A stretch of 54,117 nucleotides of DNA, taken from sequence record SRR31156797_3317; one strand, 5' to 3'. A program made the position numbers and the translations under genes. Positions 26,718-35,798 of the stretch are shown here, in pieces. Position 1 is the first letter of the stretch; every line of letters starts with the position of its first letter. The notes beneath the pieces are model-generated. The model saw only the letters and a list, made by a program, of their open reading frames with translations, made no database searches and was not told the DNA's origin.

Positions 26718-27284
26718 ATGTCAGATAACTACATTACCGATCAGGAGTATAAAGATATTAGCATAGCATCACTTCCCAAAGGCACATACGAGGATTGTAT
26801 ACTTAGAAATTGCCAGTTGGCAGAAGGAAACTTATCAGATTACACCTTTATTTCGTGCGAGTTTATTGGTTGCGATTTAAGTAATGTAAAACTTGGTAAT
26901 ACAGGTTTTCAGGATACCTTATTTCAAGATTGCAAAATGATTGGTTTGCAGTTTAACGATTGCAATAGCTTTTCTTTATCCTTTCAATTCATAGGCTGCG
27001 TACTCGATTATGCCTCGTTTTTTCAGTTGAAGCTTAAAAACACCCGTTTTAAATCCTGCCGTATGACAGAGGTAGATTTTACCGAAACCGATCTGACTTC
27101 AAGCGTTTTTGATGATAGCGACTTAAGTGGTGCCATCTTTTATTATACCCAATTAGGAAAAGCTGATTTTCGTACTGCCATCAACTATCAAATTGATCCG
27201 GAAAGCAATTCAATTGGTAAAGCGCGGTTTTCATCACAGGGATTGGCCGGTTTGTTAAGTAAATACCATATCATTATTGATTAA
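26718..27284 (+). CDS. Pentapeptide-repeat protein
   Basis: Continuous [STAC][DN][LF]xx repeats (CDLSN, VDFTE, TDLTS, SDLSG, ADFRT); C-terminal ARFSSQGLAGLL. Confidence 0.92.
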   Translation: MSDNYITDQEYKDISIASLPKGTYEDCILRNCQLAEGNLSDYTFISCEFIGCDLSNVKLGNTGFQDTLFQDCKMIGLQFNDCNSFSLSFQFIGCVLDYASFFQLKLKNTRFKSCRMTEVDFTETDLTSSVFDDSDLSGAIFYYTQLGKADFRTAINYQIDPESNSIGKARFSSQGLAGLLSKYHIIID

Positions 27285-27289
27285 AGTAA

Positions 27290-27297
27290 TATATTTG
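27290..27297 (+). promoter_or_regulatory. -7 box (TATATTTG) for the glycosyltransferase pair
   Basis: TAnnTTTG 36 bp upstream of ATG 27334. Confidence 0.55.
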
Positions 27298-27333
27298 TGC
27301 CCGGTTTGATATTTACAAAAGCAACAAATTAGC

Positions 27334-28977
27334 ATGAACAATAAAGCATTAGCTTATGGTCTGTGTATAGCGGCATTTATCGTATATATTATTGGGTTAT
27401 TTCCCGAAGTAGGTATAGATGCTGGTAAATATGCAGCTGTCAGTCGGATTATGTACGAAAGTGGCGACTGGTTGAATCCTCAAATTCATAATCATTTTTA
27501 CCTACAAAAGCCTCATTTACTGTTCTGGTTAAGCTCCATTTCGTTTCATATTTTTGGGGTTTCCTTGTTTGCTTTTAAACTGCCTACTCTACTGTTTTCA
27601 TTGGCTAGTATGTTTGCTTTGTATAAAATGACAAGGTTATATTATAACAAGCAAACCGGTTTATTGGCGGCATTTATATATGCTACTTCCGAAATGATGT
27701 TTTTGTATCACGACGATTTGCATACTGATGCTTTATTTACAGCCAACCTGGTGATAGGTGTTTCCTTTCTGGCACATTTTATCGAAAAGAAAAAAGCCCT
27801 GCATTTTATATTAGGTTTTGTGTTTGTTGGTCTTTCAATGATCACCAAAGGATTTATAGGCCTGGCATTGGCAGGAGTAGCAATAGCTGGACAGGTTTTA
27901 CTAAAGAAAAATTGGAAGATGGCTTTTAATCCGGTTTGGTTACTTGGATTACCTGTTTTAGCATTAGTTCTTTTTCCTACGCTCAAAAGTTATTACAATC
28001 ATTTTGGATGGGAGGGACTTGAGTTTTATTTCTGGGGGAATAATGCCGGACGTTTAAGCGGAGCATATAATAAAGGCGGAAGTGTAGATGGCGATATGAG
28101 CTTTTATTTGCACACCATGATATATATTTATTTACCGTGGTCCTTAATGGCTTTTGTAGCCTTCGGTCAGCATATTCGAAATATCATTGTAAATAAAGGA
28201 ATAGCTCGCTTTAAAAGGCCTGAGTATTTGAGTTATTCAGTGATTCTGATTTATACTTTTGTATTATCAGTTGCCCGTCAAAAAGCACCTCATTATTTTT
28301 ATCCGGTAACGCCATTTATTTCTATGGTTTTGGCCTATTTTATCTATCAACAAGTGCAGGAAAAGGCCAGCGTAAAAATTCAAAAGTGGTTATTAGGTGC
28401 TCGAAATGTGATGTTGGTAATTGTTTGGGCAGTAATTGCTTTAATTGTGACTTTTATATTTAGAACCAATAAAATATACATCTGGATTCCTGTTATTGCC
28501 GGATTAGTGATGAGCATTTTATTTTTGCAACCCAAGAAAGAAATTCTACACAAACTGATTGTACCATTGGCGGTATCTTCCATCGTGATTAATTTTCTTT
28601 TAAATGTGCATTTTATTCCTACGGCATTTCAATATCACGGAGGAGTGCAGGCCAGCAGAGCTTACACAGCTCAGGCAAAAGAAAATGAAGATTTATATAC
28701 CTACAGATTTAAGCAATTTGAAACCTACTTTTATCCGTCAAAAATATCTCATTGGGTAAGGAAAAAAGAAGATATCCATGAGATATTGAATAATCAAAAT
28801 GTTTGGGTAGTGACAACTGAAGAAGGTTTGGCGGAAATTAAAGCAGAGGTGCCACAGCGAATTATTTCGGAGCAGGAATTCTCGCATCGATTAATTTCGA
28901 GGTTTTCGGGAGAGTTTTTAAATCCTGCCACGCGTGCCAACACCTTAGACAAAGTATATTTAGTTAAGATAAAATAG
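27334..28977 (+). CDS. ArnT-like (GT-C, PMT_2) integral membrane glycosyltransferase
   Basis: DAGKYAAVSRIMYESGDW, YLQKPHLLFWL and ITKGFIG motifs; many TM helices. Confidence 0.88.
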   Translation: MNNKALAYGLCIAAFIVYIIGLFPEVGIDAGKYAAVSRIMYESGDWLNPQIHNHFYLQKPHLLFWLSSISFHIFGVSLFAFKLPTLLFSLASMFALYKMTRLYYNKQTGLLAAFIYATSEMMFLYHDDLHTDALFTANLVIGVSFLAHFIEKKKALHFILGFVFVGLSMITKGFIGLALAGVAIAGQVLLKKNWKMAFNPVWLLGLPVLALVLFPTLKSYYNHFGWEGLEFYFWGNNAGRLSGAYNKGGSVDGDMSFYLHTMIYIYLPWSLMAFVAFGQHIRNIIVNKGIARFKRPEYLSYSVILIYTFVLSVARQKAPHYFYPVTPFISMVLAYFIYQQVQEKASVKIQKWLLGARNVMLVIVWAVIALIVTFIFRTNKIYIWIPVIAGLVMSILFLQPKKEILHKLIVPLAVSSIVINFLLNVHFIPTAFQYHGGVQASRAYTAQAKENEDLYTYRFKQFETYFYPSKISHWVRKKEDIHEILNNQNVWVVTTEEGLAEIKAEVPQRIISEQEFSHRLISRFSGEFLNPATRANTLDKVYLVKIK

Positions 28978-28999
28978 CAATACGATAATATTTTAAGTT

Positions 29000-29935
29000 A
29001 TGAAGATATCCGTAGTTATTCCGGTATATAACGAACAAGATAATATAGCCCCATTAGTTGACGAAGTTTATAAAGCCTTAAAACCATCCGGTTACGATTT
29101 TGAAACCATTTTAATTAATGATGGATCAAAAGACAATACGGTTGCTGAAATTAAAAAGCAGCAGGACAAAAATGTGGTTTTAATTGATTTGCGTAAAAAC
29201 TACGGTCAGTGCCCGGCTTTAAAAGCAGGAATTGATTATGCCACAGGTGATGTCATTGCTACCTTGGATGGAGATTTGCAAAATGATCCGGCCGATTTAA
29301 TTAAAATGATGGAGGTGATGCAGGAAACAGGTTGCGATGTGGTTACCGGCATCAGAGCACAGCGTAAAGACGATATGTTCTTAAGAAAGATTCCTTCAAA
29401 AATTGCCAATTCATTGGTTCGTAAGGTGTCTGATACACCAATTATTGATAATGGATGTGCCATAAAAGTATTTAAAAGCGAGATTGCGAAAGATATTCCT
29501 TTGTATGGTGAAATGCACCGCTTTATTGCCATTTTAGCTATCAACGAAGGAGCTAAAGTAGAACAGATACCGGTTAATCACAGAGCTCGAGTTAGTGGTG
29601 AATCTAAATATGGTTTGTCGCGAACTTTTAAAGTAATCAGTGATTTAATTTTAATGCGTTTTACCAATAACTATGCGCAAAAACCTATGCACTTTTTGGG
29701 GCCTATTGGAGCAGGAAGTTTTGCCCTTGGTGTACTATTAATGACTTACCTGTTGGTATTAAAAATAATGGGAGAGGATATTTGGGGACGTCCTCTAATA
29801 TTTGCAGCACTCATCTTTTTAATTGGCGGTTTTCAATTAATCATGACAGGTATTACCTTGGATTTGTTAATGCGTACCAACCACGAATCTCAACAAAAAG
29901 CCATTTATAAAGTCAGAAATAACGAAAAAATATAA
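29000..29935 (+). CDS. GT2 polyprenyl-phosphate glycosyltransferase (ArnC/GtrB-like)
   Basis: SVVIPVYNEQDNI, NDGSKD, DGDLQNDP and GEMHRFI; two C-terminal TM helices. Confidence 0.92.
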   Translation: MKISVVIPVYNEQDNIAPLVDEVYKALKPSGYDFETILINDGSKDNTVAEIKKQQDKNVVLIDLRKNYGQCPALKAGIDYATGDVIATLDGDLQNDPADLIKMMEVMQETGCDVVTGIRAQRKDDMFLRKIPSKIANSLVRKVSDTPIIDNGCAIKVFKSEIAKDIPLYGEMHRFIAILAINEGAKVEQIPVNHRARVSGESKYGLSRTFKVISDLILMRFTNNYAQKPMHFLGPIGAGSFALGVLLMTYLLVLKIMGEDIWGRPLIFAALIFLIGGFQLIMTGITLDLLMRTNHESQQKAIYKVRNNEKI

Positions 29936-29975
29936 CTACTGATGATTTGGTAATTGGAGAATTATGAAATAGAAT

Positions 29976-30010
29976 AAAAGTGGTTCATTTAATGAGCTGC
30001 TTTTTTTTTT
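29976..30010 (+). terminator. Intrinsic terminator
   Basis: AAAAGTGGTTCAT...ATGAGCTGCTTTT stem with G-U pairs, followed by T10. Confidence 0.75.
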
Positions 30011-30051
30011 AGTCAAAACCTAGATGCTTATAATGATCTATTGTTTACCGA

Positions 30052-30159
30052 ATTTAATTAAGTACTGAATTTATTTGATTAAGTACAAAATAACGTAGAT
30101 AAATGAATATCTACATTTCTGGATGTATGTTTGATAAATACTATATTTGTTTCAAACAT
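30052..30159 (+). promoter_or_regulatory. MCP promoter region: direct repeat, -7 box and inverted repeat
   Basis: ATTTrATTAAGTAC at 30052 and 30073; TATATTTG at 30142; ATGTTTGA/TCAAACAT at 30127 and 30152. Confidence 0.55.
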
Positions 30160-30263
30160 TTGCCCAATCTAGATGAAACGAGCTAAGAGAAGGTTTCTAT
30201 TACATAATGAAATGAGTAAAAGGTCGAGTTCCATGTGGCAATTGAAAAACAAATGATAGACAC

Positions 30264-31481
30264 ATGAAAGAACTATTAATTTTTATTTCGGTAATGAGCT
30301 GTTTATTACCGATTGGATATTTTACTTTAAAGTGGTTTTTTAAAGGTTCTATAATTTTTTTACTTTCCTGGTTTAACCTTCTTATTATATATTTTTCTTC
30401 CATACTGTATTTTTCTGTTGGTATATTGGGAATTATGCATTTATTCTGGGCAATTCCTGTGGCATCTATACTTACAGGTGGCTTGTTTTTTATCATTAAA
30501 AGAAAAGTACAACAACCTTTATTAGTTGCTGTTGATCATTTAAATAATATAGCCGAAGGTGATTTAAACATAGCCAATGTAAAGGAAATGGAAAGTCAAA
30601 GTAATGAATTAGGTTTATTAAATGAGAATATTCAGAAATTGGTATTTGTATTAAAGCATTTGGTTAAAGAGGTAAACAAAAGTTCCAGAAAATTATCAAA
30701 GTCAAGCAAACAATTAGCTGAAAATACACGGAATATGGCTAAAGATTCAACTCAACATGCCAATTCCAGCGAACTTCTATCAGCCAATATGGAAGAAATA
30801 GCCAGTGCTGTAGCTGCCAATGCCGATAATGCGAAAATGGGAAATGTTTTGGCACAAAATAACAGAGATAGCTTATCGGAATTATTTGAACTTTCATCGC
30901 ACATTACCAAAGTAGTGGATGAAATTGCATCCAAATCAGAAGAGATTGATGGTATAGCTAAACACACTAATATACTTGCTTTAAATGCAGCGGTAGAAGC
31001 AGCTAAATCGGGTGAAGCAGGAAGAGGTTTTGCAGTAGTTGCCAGCGAAGTAAGAAGGTTGGCTGAATATACTACGAATACGGCGATGGCCATAGGGAAA
31101 TTAAGTAACGAAAGTAAAGAGTTGGTGGCTAAATCCTCCTATCTATTTGAAGAAATGTTACCTCAAATAGAAAAATCATCAGACATGGTGGCCGATATCA
31201 CTTCTGCCAGTCATCACCAAAAAGAAAGTTTGAATAATGTGAATGATACCATTAAGGACTTAAACCAGGTAACTCAGCGCAATGTATTAACGGCCGAAGA
31301 AATTGCTGTTACTTCGGAGCAGTTACAAATGCTTTCGGAGCGTTTAAAAGATTCACTTCAGTTCTTTAAAGTTTCTGATGATTCCATTAAGGAAAGAATG
31401 CAAAAGGCCAGGAAACTGAAAATACCAGTAGAAATACAAACATCTGTAGAAGAAGAAAGAACGGAACTAGTAGATGCTTAA
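30264..31481 (+). CDS. Methyl-accepting chemotaxis protein (membrane-embedded N-terminus, HAMP, MCP signal domain)
   Basis: Hairpin-tip signature [48 protein letters not shown]...NELGLL. Confidence 0.95.
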   Translation: MKELLIFISVMSCLLPIGYFTLKWFFKGSIIFLLSWFNLLIIYFSSILYFSVGILGIMHLFWAIPVASILTGGLFFIIKRKVQQPLLVAVDHLNNIAEGDLNIANVKEMESQSNELGLLNENIQKLVFVLKHLVKEVNKSSRKLSKSSKQLAENTRNMAKDSTQHANSSELLSANMEEIASAVAANADNAKMGNVLAQNNRDSLSELFELSSHITKVVDEIASKSEEIDGIAKHTNILALNAAVEAAKSGEAGRGFAVVASEVRRLAEYTTNTAMAIGKLSNESKELVAKSSYLFEEMLPQIEKSSDMVADITSASHHQKESLNNVNDTIKDLNQVTQRNVLTAEEIAVTSEQLQMLSERLKDSLQFFKVSDDSIKERMQKARKLKIPVEIQTSVEEERTELVDA

Positions 31482-31525
31482 TCCTTAGCTGAGTTGTTTT
31501 TAAACGCTTACTCTATAGTTTAAGA

Positions 31526-31557
31526 AAAGGTTATATCTAAATGCTGATGTAACCTTT
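31526..31557 (+). terminator. Probable terminator after the MCP gene
   Basis: AAAGGTTATATC...GATGTAACCTTT stem. Confidence 0.55.
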
Positions 31558-31720
31558 GTAGTGAATTAAAGTAAAAGCCTTCTGTAACTTAATTCCATTT
31601 AATTCACTAATCATGAAGCGTATATAATAAGTTTGTCCAGTCAGCTTTATTAAAATATAATTGAGTTGATTGTTCTTTCTTAGTTACAAGCTTATAAGGC
31701 GCACATTAAAACTTAATCAG

Positions 31721-33208
31721 ATGAAAAATTTACTAACCGTTGCTCTTTTTGCATGTATTTGTGCATTAGTATCAGCACAAGGTATTAAAGAAAAAAAAGT
31801 TGAATCTTCGTATTTGGTATATCCTCAAATTAAACTTGAAGGAATGGATATCAATAATATTAAGGTGGAGTTTGCTCACGGAAGCATCAAAATTACCGAT
31901 GAAAAAACAACTTTAAAAGAAACTAATCTTTGTAAAGCCAAAGGTGCTTCTTTAAAAGATTCTAAAGTGCTGGAAAATTTTTACTACAAAATTAAGTATC
32001 ATTCGCCACAGGGGATTATCCGTATTAAAGGAGATGATGGTGAAGTTAAATATGTCACGCAAACAACTGAAGCTGCGACTAGCTACGATTTATTTGGTAA
32101 AAATGAATGCTACTTCATGGAAATGATTTTGGAGAGTGCCTATAAAAAACAAAAAGCATCCAATGATTCTATGTTAACTGCCAATGTTTACAAAGGTTTA
32201 TATGAAGATGCCCAAAAGTTTGCAAAACAGTCTCTTTCATTTTATTATCAACCAGAAAATATTGAAGTACATTATTTAAAAGATAGCAAAGAGTTCCAGT
32301 ATCCGGAACTTACTAAAGCAGCAGACCTGGCTGTTGAAGGATATGCATTAATAAAGGACAACTACAACAATCAAGGAGGAATAAACAAACTAAAAGAAGC
32401 AATTGCCATTTGGGAAAAAGAAGCTGCAACCATTAATGCAGATGATCGTAAAGCCAGAATTAATAAAAGATCCGGTGGTAGAATACTGAAAAATATAGCA
32501 ATGGCTTATGCATATATTGGAGATTATAATGCCGCAATTGATCATATCGATAAAGCATTGGCACTATATCCAAGTACTTCCAATAATAGCACAGTAGAAT
32601 GGGAAGGGTTTAAAGTTCGTTTTTATGATTTGCAAAAGAATGCAGAATTAAATAAAGGTTTAAAAGTATCTACAGCACAATCTGAAGTTAAAGTAATAAA
32701 CCTGGGTATTGAAGGATATGCTGATTTAAAGGCTGATTTAGGAGAGCAAAATACAGACAATATGTTTGCTAAAATGGAGGCTGCAAAAGAAAAATACAAC
32801 GAGGATGTAGCTGCAGGGAAAGTCAATAAATACGAAGCTAACGTGATGCATAGTGCCACACAAGGTTACATGTTAACTTTGCCTTCAATGACTGGTAATT
32901 TAACCAGTTTAGCCGATATGCAGGCAGCTATGAAGAAACTGGAAGAATTTCCAATTGAGGTATGTGATTTGGTAAAACTAAACCAATTGACTTTAAAAAA
33001 TAACAAGATTCAGACAATACCTGCAGATATTAAGAAATTAGTCAATCTTAAACGTTTGGATTTAAGTAAAAATCAAATAGAAGTATTGCCTGCTGAATTA
33101 GGTGAACTTAAAAGCTTAAAGAACTTAATTTTAAAAGGAAACCCATTAAAGGCTGGAGAAGTAGATAAAATCCAAGAATTATTACCAGACTGTAAAATAA
33201 AGATGTAA
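31721..33208 (+). CDS. Secreted protein with TPR-like helices and C-terminal leucine-rich repeats
   Basis: Signal peptide MKNLLTVALF (start re-called to 31721); TPR-like NIAMAYAYIGDYNAAIDHIDKALALYP; LRRs LTLKNNKIQTIP, LDLSKNQIEVLP and LILKGNPL. Confidence 0.85.
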   Translation: MKNLLTVALFACICALVSAQGIKEKKVESSYLVYPQIKLEGMDINNIKVEFAHGSIKITDEKTTLKETNLCKAKGASLKDSKVLENFYYKIKYHSPQGIIRIKGDDGEVKYVTQTTEAATSYDLFGKNECYFMEMILESAYKKQKASNDSMLTANVYKGLYEDAQKFAKQSLSFYYQPENIEVHYLKDSKEFQYPELTKAADLAVEGYALIKDNYNNQGGINKLKEAIAIWEKEAATINADDRKARINKRSGGRILKNIAMAYAYIGDYNAAIDHIDKALALYPSTSNNSTVEWEGFKVRFYDLQKNAELNKGLKVSTAQSEVKVINLGIEGYADLKADLGEQNTDNMFAKMEAAKEKYNEDVAAGKVNKYEANVMHSATQGYMLTLPSMTGNLTSLADMQAAMKKLEEFPIEVCDLVKLNQLTLKNNKIQTIPADIKKLVNLKRLDLSKNQIEVLPAELGELKSLKNLILKGNPLKAGEVDKIQELLPDCKIKM

Positions 33209-33228
33209 TTTAAAATCCTTAAGATATT

Positions 33229-33256
33229 AAGCCCGGCCTATAGTCGGGCTTTTTTT
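33229..33256 (+). terminator. Intrinsic terminator
   Basis: AAGCCCGGC-ctata-GTCGGGCTT followed by a T tract. Confidence 0.85.
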
Positions 33257-33380
33257 GTGCTTATTTATTTGTGATTTTAAATGATGAATTAAGCGCTTTA
33301 AGTTTAAAATTATAGGTTTCATCCGAATTAAAACTTATATTAATACAGTTGGTTATACTTTTGGGTAAACTACTAGTTTT

Positions 33381-35708
33381 ATGGGTATCACACATTTAAA
33401 ATCAAAAGAAATAAAGTGTACGATGGATAGTACACCTTTTAAGCGTACTTTAAGTTTTAAAGGGTTATTTAAAGAACTTAAAAGCATAAGTCAGGATGAA
33501 TCACATATGATGCAAATTCCTGCTCAAAATATTCTTAAAGAGGTTGATGCAAAGCCTGAATTAAAGGTAGATCAACTAAGTTCGGAAATGTTGGATAAAC
33601 ATAAAGATTTCATTAATCTATTGATGTCCTTTATTTTAAACCCTGTACATAATGATATTGATATAGCAGGTGTTTATCCTCCTTTCGAAATGAATCCATT
33701 CTATACTACTCAAAACTATAAAGATCAATTTGATGGGGAGTATAAAAAAATGGAAATAGCTTCAGAGCCACATGAATCGAATAAGTTGATTATGATGGTA
33801 TATCATGCCTATTTTTTAATCTTAGAGAAGGTTTATGATATAAAACTACCCATTGACTTATTATTTACCATAAAACTGACAGATACCCGAAATCATTCGA
33901 TTAAGTATTTTACTAAAACATTTGATACCCGTTACCTAGAAGTAAAAACATCCGATAAGTTTAAAAAAATACCGAAGGAACAAATCTTTACTTTGTTTGA
34001 TAAGGAGAATGATTTGGATTACTGGAATGAGCTAATTCCTTTAAGTGAGTTTGAGTTTTCAGGATTTTTGGTGTTTCGCTTGCAAAATATCACCCGTGAA
34101 TATATTATTTCAGAATTAAAATCGGACTTGTTAAATAGGGATACAATTATTACTCCTAAAGGGTATGAGCGTTTTCTGGAGAAAATAAGGGCTTTAATGG
34201 GAAATCCGCTGGTTAAAGCAGGAATCGTTTCAACTATCAATTCCTTTAAGGGGCTAACTAGTGAGTTTTTCTGGAACTGTATACTTCCATCAAACAGTAT
34301 TAAGTCTGGAAATTTGAATGGAACCATATATGAGGATGCTTATAATACCCAACAAATTCAACTGATCAGGGATTTAAAAGATGAAAAACCTCATGCCATC
34401 TATCAAGAATTTCTAAATCAGGGTATAAGTACCATTGCAGTAGTTCCTTTAGTTCTGGATGACAAAGTAGTTGGTTTGTTAGAATTTGGATGCACATTAC
34501 CCGGATCTTTAACGATGGTTCAAATAAAGGTTTTATTTGATTTATTTCCGGTGTTTGCTTTGGCTATTAAGGGTACGCAGGAAGAGTGGGATGATAAAAT
34601 CAGAGCTATCATTCAGGAACAGTTTACCGCTATACATCCTTCTGTTGAATGGCGTTTTAGAGAAACTGCGATGCAAATTCTAAGACAAAATGCCAATAAT
34701 GAGGCAAGAAGTATAGAACCTATCATTTTTAGTGATGTTATTCCGCTTTATGGTGCCTCAGATATTAAAGGATCTTCGGAAGAGAGAATTCTAGCCATTC
34801 AAATTGATTTGAAAAAACAATTGGAAATGGCCAGAGAAATTCTAATACACGAAAGTGCCATACGAGAAATACCATTACTGGATGATATATGTTTTAAAAT
34901 AAACGAAAATATTTCTATTGTGGAAGGAGATTTAAAGGCTGGAGATGAAGTAACGATTGTTGAGTTTTTAAAAAAACAGATAGACCCTGTATTAATGTTA
35001 TTAAAAGACAGAGATCCGTCTATAGGTAAATTGGTTAGTGATTATTTTAATGCTTTGGATCCGGAATTGGGTATTTTGTATCAGCGACGAAAAGAGTTTG
35101 AGGATAGTCTGGCTGCCATAAATGATAGTATAAATCAAATAATAGAAACAGAACAAATTAAAGCGCAGGAAGTATTCCCTCATTATTTTGAGAAATATAG
35201 AACTGATGGGGTAGAATATAATGCCTATATCGGACAATCTTTGGTTAAAAGCTTAAATTATAACGAGGTTTATCTTAAAAACCTTAGACTTTGGCAACTT
35301 ATAGTAAAAGTTAAAATAGCGCGAGAAATAAAAGCATTGCAATCCAAACTGAAAGTTAAGTTAAATATAACCCAACTTGTTTTGGTGCATTCTAATCCAC
35401 TAAGTATAACTTTTAGGCAAGATGAGAAGAAATTTGATGTGGCTGGTGCTTACAATATTCGATACGAAATAACCAAAAAGAGAATTGATAAAGCATTGAT
35501 TAAAGGAACTAAAGAACGCTTAAATCAGGTGGATAAAATCGCAATTATTTATTCTCATGCCGATGAAATTGCTGAATATAAAAACTACATTGACTTTATG
35601 AAATCAAAAGAATATATCGAAGATTCAATTGAAAAACTGGATTTGGAAGACCTCAGAGGGGCATCTGGATTAAAGGCTTTAAGGATTACAGTAAAATACG
35701 ATGCTTAG
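33381..35708 (+). CDS. Bacteroidota GAF-domain-containing protein with an uncharacterised C-terminal region
   Basis: GAF-like GISTIAVVPLVLDDKVVGLLEFG; FTAIHPSVEWRF, YGASDIKGSS, HYFEKYRTDGVEYNAYIGQS and DVAGAYNIRYEITKKRIDKA. The start could be the Met at 33422. Confidence 0.8.
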   Translation: MGITHLKSKEIKCTMDSTPFKRTLSFKGLFKELKSISQDESHMMQIPAQNILKEVDAKPELKVDQLSSEMLDKHKDFINLLMSFILNPVHNDIDIAGVYPPFEMNPFYTTQNYKDQFDGEYKKMEIASEPHESNKLIMMVYHAYFLILEKVYDIKLPIDLLFTIKLTDTRNHSIKYFTKTFDTRYLEVKTSDKFKKIPKEQIFTLFDKENDLDYWNELIPLSEFEFSGFLVFRLQNITREYIISELKSDLLNRDTIITPKGYERFLEKIRALMGNPLVKAGIVSTINSFKGLTSEFFWNCILPSNSIKSGNLNGTIYEDAYNTQQIQLIRDLKDEKPHAIYQEFLNQGISTIAVVPLVLDDKVVGLLEFGCTLPGSLTMVQIKVLFDLFPVFALAIKGTQEEWDDKIRAIIQEQFTAIHPSVEWRFRETAMQILRQNANNEARSIEPIIFSDVIPLYGASDIKGSSEERILAIQIDLKKQLEMAREILIHESAIREIPLLDDICFKINENISIVEGDLKAGDEVTIVEFLKKQIDPVLMLLKDRDPSIGKLVSDYFNALDPELGILYQRRKEFEDSLAAINDSINQIIETEQIKAQEVFPHYFEKYRTDGVEYNAYIGQSLVKSLNYNEVYLKNLRLWQLIVKVKIAREIKALQSKLKVKLNITQLVLVHSNPLSITFRQDEKKFDVAGAYNIRYEITKKRIDKALIKGTKERLNQVDKIAIIYSHADEIAEYKNYIDFMKSKEYIEDSIEKLDLEDLRGASGLKALRITVKYDA

Positions 35709-35798
35709 AGGATAAATATAATATTTAGTCATGCACAGCTGCTATGTTTTCTGAATTGATAAGAGTATATTTAAATAAAGCACAAATTTCCATCATTT

